From Ignavibacteriales bacterium (GTDB taxonomy: Bacteria > Bacteroidota > Ignavibacteria > T3Sed10-11), in contig PWTU01000538.1 in the NCBI GenBank assembly GCA_003562775.1, positions 7,161-71,160 on the forward strand: a stretch of 64,000 bases of DNA, read 5' to 3'. Below, piece by piece: positions 62,032-64,000 of the stretch; position 1 is the first letter of the stretch, and each line of letters opens with the position of its first letter. The notes beneath the pieces are model-generated. The model was given only the letters and a program-made list of their open reading frames with translations. It did not search any database and was not told the DNA's origin. Made by a program: the position numbers and the translations under genes.

Positions 62032-62856
62032 GTGAACACTATTGTTGACATTTTAAACATTTCACTCCCCCTGTTTTACGGGGGTTTACTGTATCTATAC
62101 GGACGATCGTTTTTTAAGACTATTTCCCGGACAGACTATATAAAAACGATAATTTTGGCGGCAACGGTGCTTATTCATCTTGTGTATTTGTTGCTCCGTA
62201 CAATACTTTTTAATCATCCGCCAATCACAACACCATTGGAGATTATGACGGTGATTGCATTCTGCATCACACTGGCATATCTATACATTGAGGTGATATC
62301 CAAGGTTCACGGAACGGGTTTGTTCGTACTCATTCCTGCATTCATGTTTCAGGGCATATCGAGTTTGTTTATCAAGGATCTCGGACAGGTGCCTGAAATT
62401 CTCCGGAGCAACTTGCTCGGCTTTCACGTCACAAGCGCATTACTCGGGTACACTGCAATTGCAGTCGGGGCAATGTATGGAATACTTTACCTGATGCTGT
62501 ACCACGATATCAAGTCGAATCACTTCAGCGTGATTTACAAGCGGCTTCCGAATCTGGAAATACTCGAGTCGATGAGTTTTCGCTCTACACTGTTCGGGTT
62601 TATTTTCCTGTCGATAGCAATTGTAGTCGGGCTGATCTGGCTGCCGATAGCTTTCGGTCAGATCTTTTATTCCGATCCGAAACTTATCGGAACAATGTTC
62701 ATCTGGGTACTGTACGCAGTCGGTTTAGTCAGTAAAAAGCTTGCAGGCTGGCGCGGCAGGAAGATTGTCGTGCTGTATGTTTCCGGTTTTATTGTGGCAT
62801 TATTTTCAATTACATTTGTTAATTTTTTCTTCAGCAGTTTTCACCAGTTCTATTAA
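62032..62856 (+). CDS. ccsA: Cytochrome c assembly family membrane protein (CcsA/HemX-like)
   Basis: About 8 TM segments; FHV..ALLGY, RLPNLEILE, GLIW, DPK, GWRGRK; directly upstream of hemA. Confidence 0.75.
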   Translation: MNTIVDILNISLPLFYGGLLYLYGRSFFKTISRTDYIKTIILAATVLIHLVYLLLRTILFNHPPITTPLEIMTVIAFCITLAYLYIEVISKVHGTGLFVLIPAFMFQGISSLFIKDLGQVPEILRSNLLGFHVTSALLGYTAIAVGAMYGILYLMLYHDIKSNHFSVIYKRLPNLEILESMSFRSTLFGFIFLSIAIVVGLIWLPIAFGQIFYSDPKLIGTMFIWVLYAVGLVSKKLAGWRGRKIVVLYVSGFIVALFSITFVNFFFSSFHQFY

Positions 62857-62862
62857 ACGAAT

Positions 62863-64000
62863 ATGAATCTTCTGTCCATAGGGACAAATCACCGAACGGC
62901 GCCCATTGATATTCGAGAACGGTTATATTTCACCGAGAAAGAACTTGACGGCGCTTACGACGCATTGCTCAATAAATACGCTTTTAAAGAAGCCGTAATT
63001 ATATCGACATGCAACCGGACCGAGATTTATACCGTCACCGATCCGTTCACGATGCGATACGGTGATTTATTCGATTTCATTATCGAACGGAAAGGAACCA
63101 GGGAATTTTCAAATCCCGAATACTTCTACCGTCAATTTGCAAGCGGTGCAGCCAATCATCTCTTTCGCGTTGCATCGGGCATCGATTCGATGATCATCGG
63201 TGACATACAAATCCTTGCACAGGTCAAAGATGCATATTACTATGCCGATCAAAAGAAATCAACCGGCTTTTTAACAAATCGGTTGTTTCATGCCGCATTT
63301 CGTGTCGGCAAACGCTCCCGGACGGAAACGGAAATCGGCGAAGGCGCCGTCTCGATATCTTACGCTGCCGTTGAGCTCGCAAACAAAATATTCGCCGATC
63401 TTTCGAAAAAGCGAGCATTGCTGATCGGGGCGGGCGAAACCGGCGAGCTTACCGCGAAACATTTGAAGAGTAAGGGAATCGGTGAGTTGTTGGTAACAAA
63501 CCGCACGCGGAAGCGAAGTGAGGATCTCGTTCACCGGATCGGCGGGAAAGTCGTCGAATTTGAACATTTAATAGATGAACTCAAAACGTGCGATATCGTT
63601 ATCAGCTCCATCACTGCCGATGAACATATTATCAAAGCGCCGACTATGCATGATGTTATGAAAAAACGCGGTGCGGAGCCGCTTTTTATTATAGACATCG
63701 GCGTCCCCCGAAACGTCGATCCGGCGTGTAATAAATACGAAAGTATATTCCTGCACGATATCGATTCCCTGCAAAATATAATCGATAAAAATTTATCGAA
63801 GCGCAAAGCGGAAATTCCGAAGATTGAGAGCATAATCCTCGAGGAATTGCAGGGATTATTCCAATGGTACAAATCCCTGCAACTCAATCCAACTATAAGC
63901 GATTTGCGCCAGATGTTTGAATTCATACGGCAGGCGGAAGTTGAAAAACATATCAATCGCTTTAATGATGCTGACCGCGAATTGATCGATATGGTAACCA
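62863..64000 (+). CDS. hemA: Glutamyl-tRNA reductase (3'-partial; absent from the ORF track because no stop lies in the window)
   Basis: Hand translation from ATG 62863: MNLLSIGTNHRTAPIDIRERL, STCNRTE, GIDSMIIGDIQILAQVK, LIGAGETG, IDIGVPRNVD. Confidence 0.95.
   Translation, partial: MNLLSIGTNHRTAPIDIRERLYFTEKELDGAYDALLNKYAFKEAVIISTCNRTEIYTVTDPFTMRYGDLFDFIIERKGTREFSNPEYFYRQFASGAANHLFRVASGIDSMIIGDIQILAQVKDAYYYADQKKSTGFLTNRLFHAAFRVGKRSRTETEIGEGAVSISYAAVELANKIFADLSKKRALLIGAGETGELTAKHLKSKGIGELLVTNRTRKRSEDLVHRIGGKVVEFEHLIDELKTCDIVISSITADEHIIKAPTMHDVMKKRGAEPLFIIDIGVPRNVDPACNKYESIFLHDIDSLQNIIDKNLSKRKAEIPKIESIILEELQGLFQWYKSLQLNPTISDLRQMFEFIRQAEVEKHINRFNDADRELIDMVT

Overview
64-kb bacterial chromosome segment. 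Gene content, Shine-Dalgarno use and an 11-subunit complex I suggest a diderm of the Bacteroidota/Chlorobi/Ignavibacteria (FCB) group; this is an inference. Housekeeping content: AddB-like nuclease (partial), YyaL, paaABCD, two small toxin-antitoxin-like pairs, tRNA-Leu(CAA), thiI, clpB, dnaK, birA, coaX, nuoABCDHIJKLMN, a PduO-type adenosyltransferase, an M20 dipeptidase, ccsA and hemA (partial). The most unusual part is a ~17-kb locus (7.8-24.8 kb). It contains an oligopeptide ABC importer, a Ser/Thr kinase-STAND ATPase-TPR protein, a stand-alone TPR protein, a sigma54 activator with a degenerate receiver domain, and two soluble GAF histidine kinases. It also has two small lipoproteins, each a single ZU5-like domain ending in the identical sequence HF|SRYAFAF-stop. 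HFS is the autoproteolysis motif of ZU5/Nup98/GAIN-type domains, so self-cleavage would release a conserved 7-mer peptide. Both lipoprotein genes and the activator gene have sigma54 promoters, with palindromic enhancer-like sites upstream. The working hypothesis is a self-cleaving lipoprotein peptide-signalling circuit with import, a TPR receptor and sigma54 feedback. Also seen: a relic islet at the tRNA-Leu 3' end and sigma54 promoters ahead of dnaK and ccsA-hemA. No CRISPR array, rRNA or transposase was seen. All calls come from motif reading only; no database searches were run.
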